Below, in pieces: positions 63,654 to 64,000 of a DNA stretch of 64,000 nt. The stretch spans positions 1-64,000 of the IMG/VR virus record IMGVR_UViG_3300020473_001965, one strand, 5' to 3'. The position numbers and the translations under genes were made by a program. The notes beneath the pieces are model-generated. The model was not told the origin of the DNA. It searched no databases and saw only the letters and a program-made list of their open reading frames with translations. How positions within the stretch are numbered: position 1 is the first letter of the stretch; every line of letters begins with the position of its first letter.

Positions 63654-63872
63654 TTACTTTAGTTTTAGAGTTGCAACTTCAGTGTCTAGCTCGATTGAAA
63701 AGTTTCCAAAGTTATACGAGGTTTCAAGCAACGCTGCAGCCGTAGTTTCAAGATCGAGCGTGATTGAATAATTGCCTCGCTTAAAATCATATTGTTGCAA
63801 CGAAGTGTCTAGGCCAAACTCATAGTAATCATAGGTTACTGCCTCTGAAATATCGTCTGGGACGAACGTCAT
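63654..63872 (-). CDS. Hypothetical protein
   Basis: ORF track; internal SI(T/E)LD(L/T)E repeat. Confidence 0.5.
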   Translation of the reverse strand: MTFVPDDISEAVTYDYYEFGLDTSLQQYDFKRGNYSITLDLETTAAALLETSYNFGNFSIELDTEVATLKLK

Positions 63873-64000
63873 TTGAGAAACAACTTCATCCCATACTTCA
63901 TCTTCGTCAAAGTTGTCATCTTCTGGGCTTGTTAGATTGAGGTGCTTTGTTGCTTCGCTGAAGTCGTATTCATTACCTTCATCATCAATAAAGTAACCTT

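Noticed and set aside
1-64000. Stop-codon reassignment
   Set aside because: Conserved genes are full length under code 11 and use TAA, TAG and TGA as stops; no suppressor tRNA is seen.

Overview
This window is most consistent with part of a very large ('huge/jumbo') tailed-phage genome, almost all transcribed on the minus strand. The host is probably a GC-rich bacterium; the DTG-rich lipoproteins suggest Myxococcota, but that is inference. Four zones are visible. (1) 1-21.8 kb is AT-rich and carries host-like and auxiliary genes: a truncated large structured ncRNA, an amidinotransferase, lipoproteins, tmRNA, an Hc1-like protein, def, a degenerate GroEL, yeaH-spoVR-prkA, an HD(SpoT-type)-Nudix fusion, a tail-fibre-like gene, tRNA-Thr, greA, a trypsin-like protease and dnaJ. 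(2) 22-28.3 kb holds putative virion-internal proteins sharing an N-terminal 'LIREYIRxxLxE / MKITxxxLRxxIxEE' motif. (3) 28.8-47 kb is a GC-rich early-gene island with about 16 copies of a 41-bp promoter, four tRNAs plus structured ncRNAs, a RadA-like ATPase, a MoxR/VWA pair and arrays of 'MKVGDLV' KOW/SH3-like mini-gene cassettes. It is bounded by a G-rich palindromic block on the left and, on the right, by an operator cluster (including a 17/19 Fur box) and a polar repeated motif; it may be a collapsed long terminal repeat. (4) 47-64 kb has three sulfotransferases, a methyltransferase, ferredoxin, thyX, a denV-like gene and a second MKVGDLV cassette field. The most novel signals are the cassette arrays joined by a conserved start/stop-overlap repeat, a 3'-UTR hairpin exactly complementary to the shared early-gene ribosome-binding leader, and the motif-tagged alarmone hydrolase fusion. 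All calls come from reading motifs by eye; no database searches were run.
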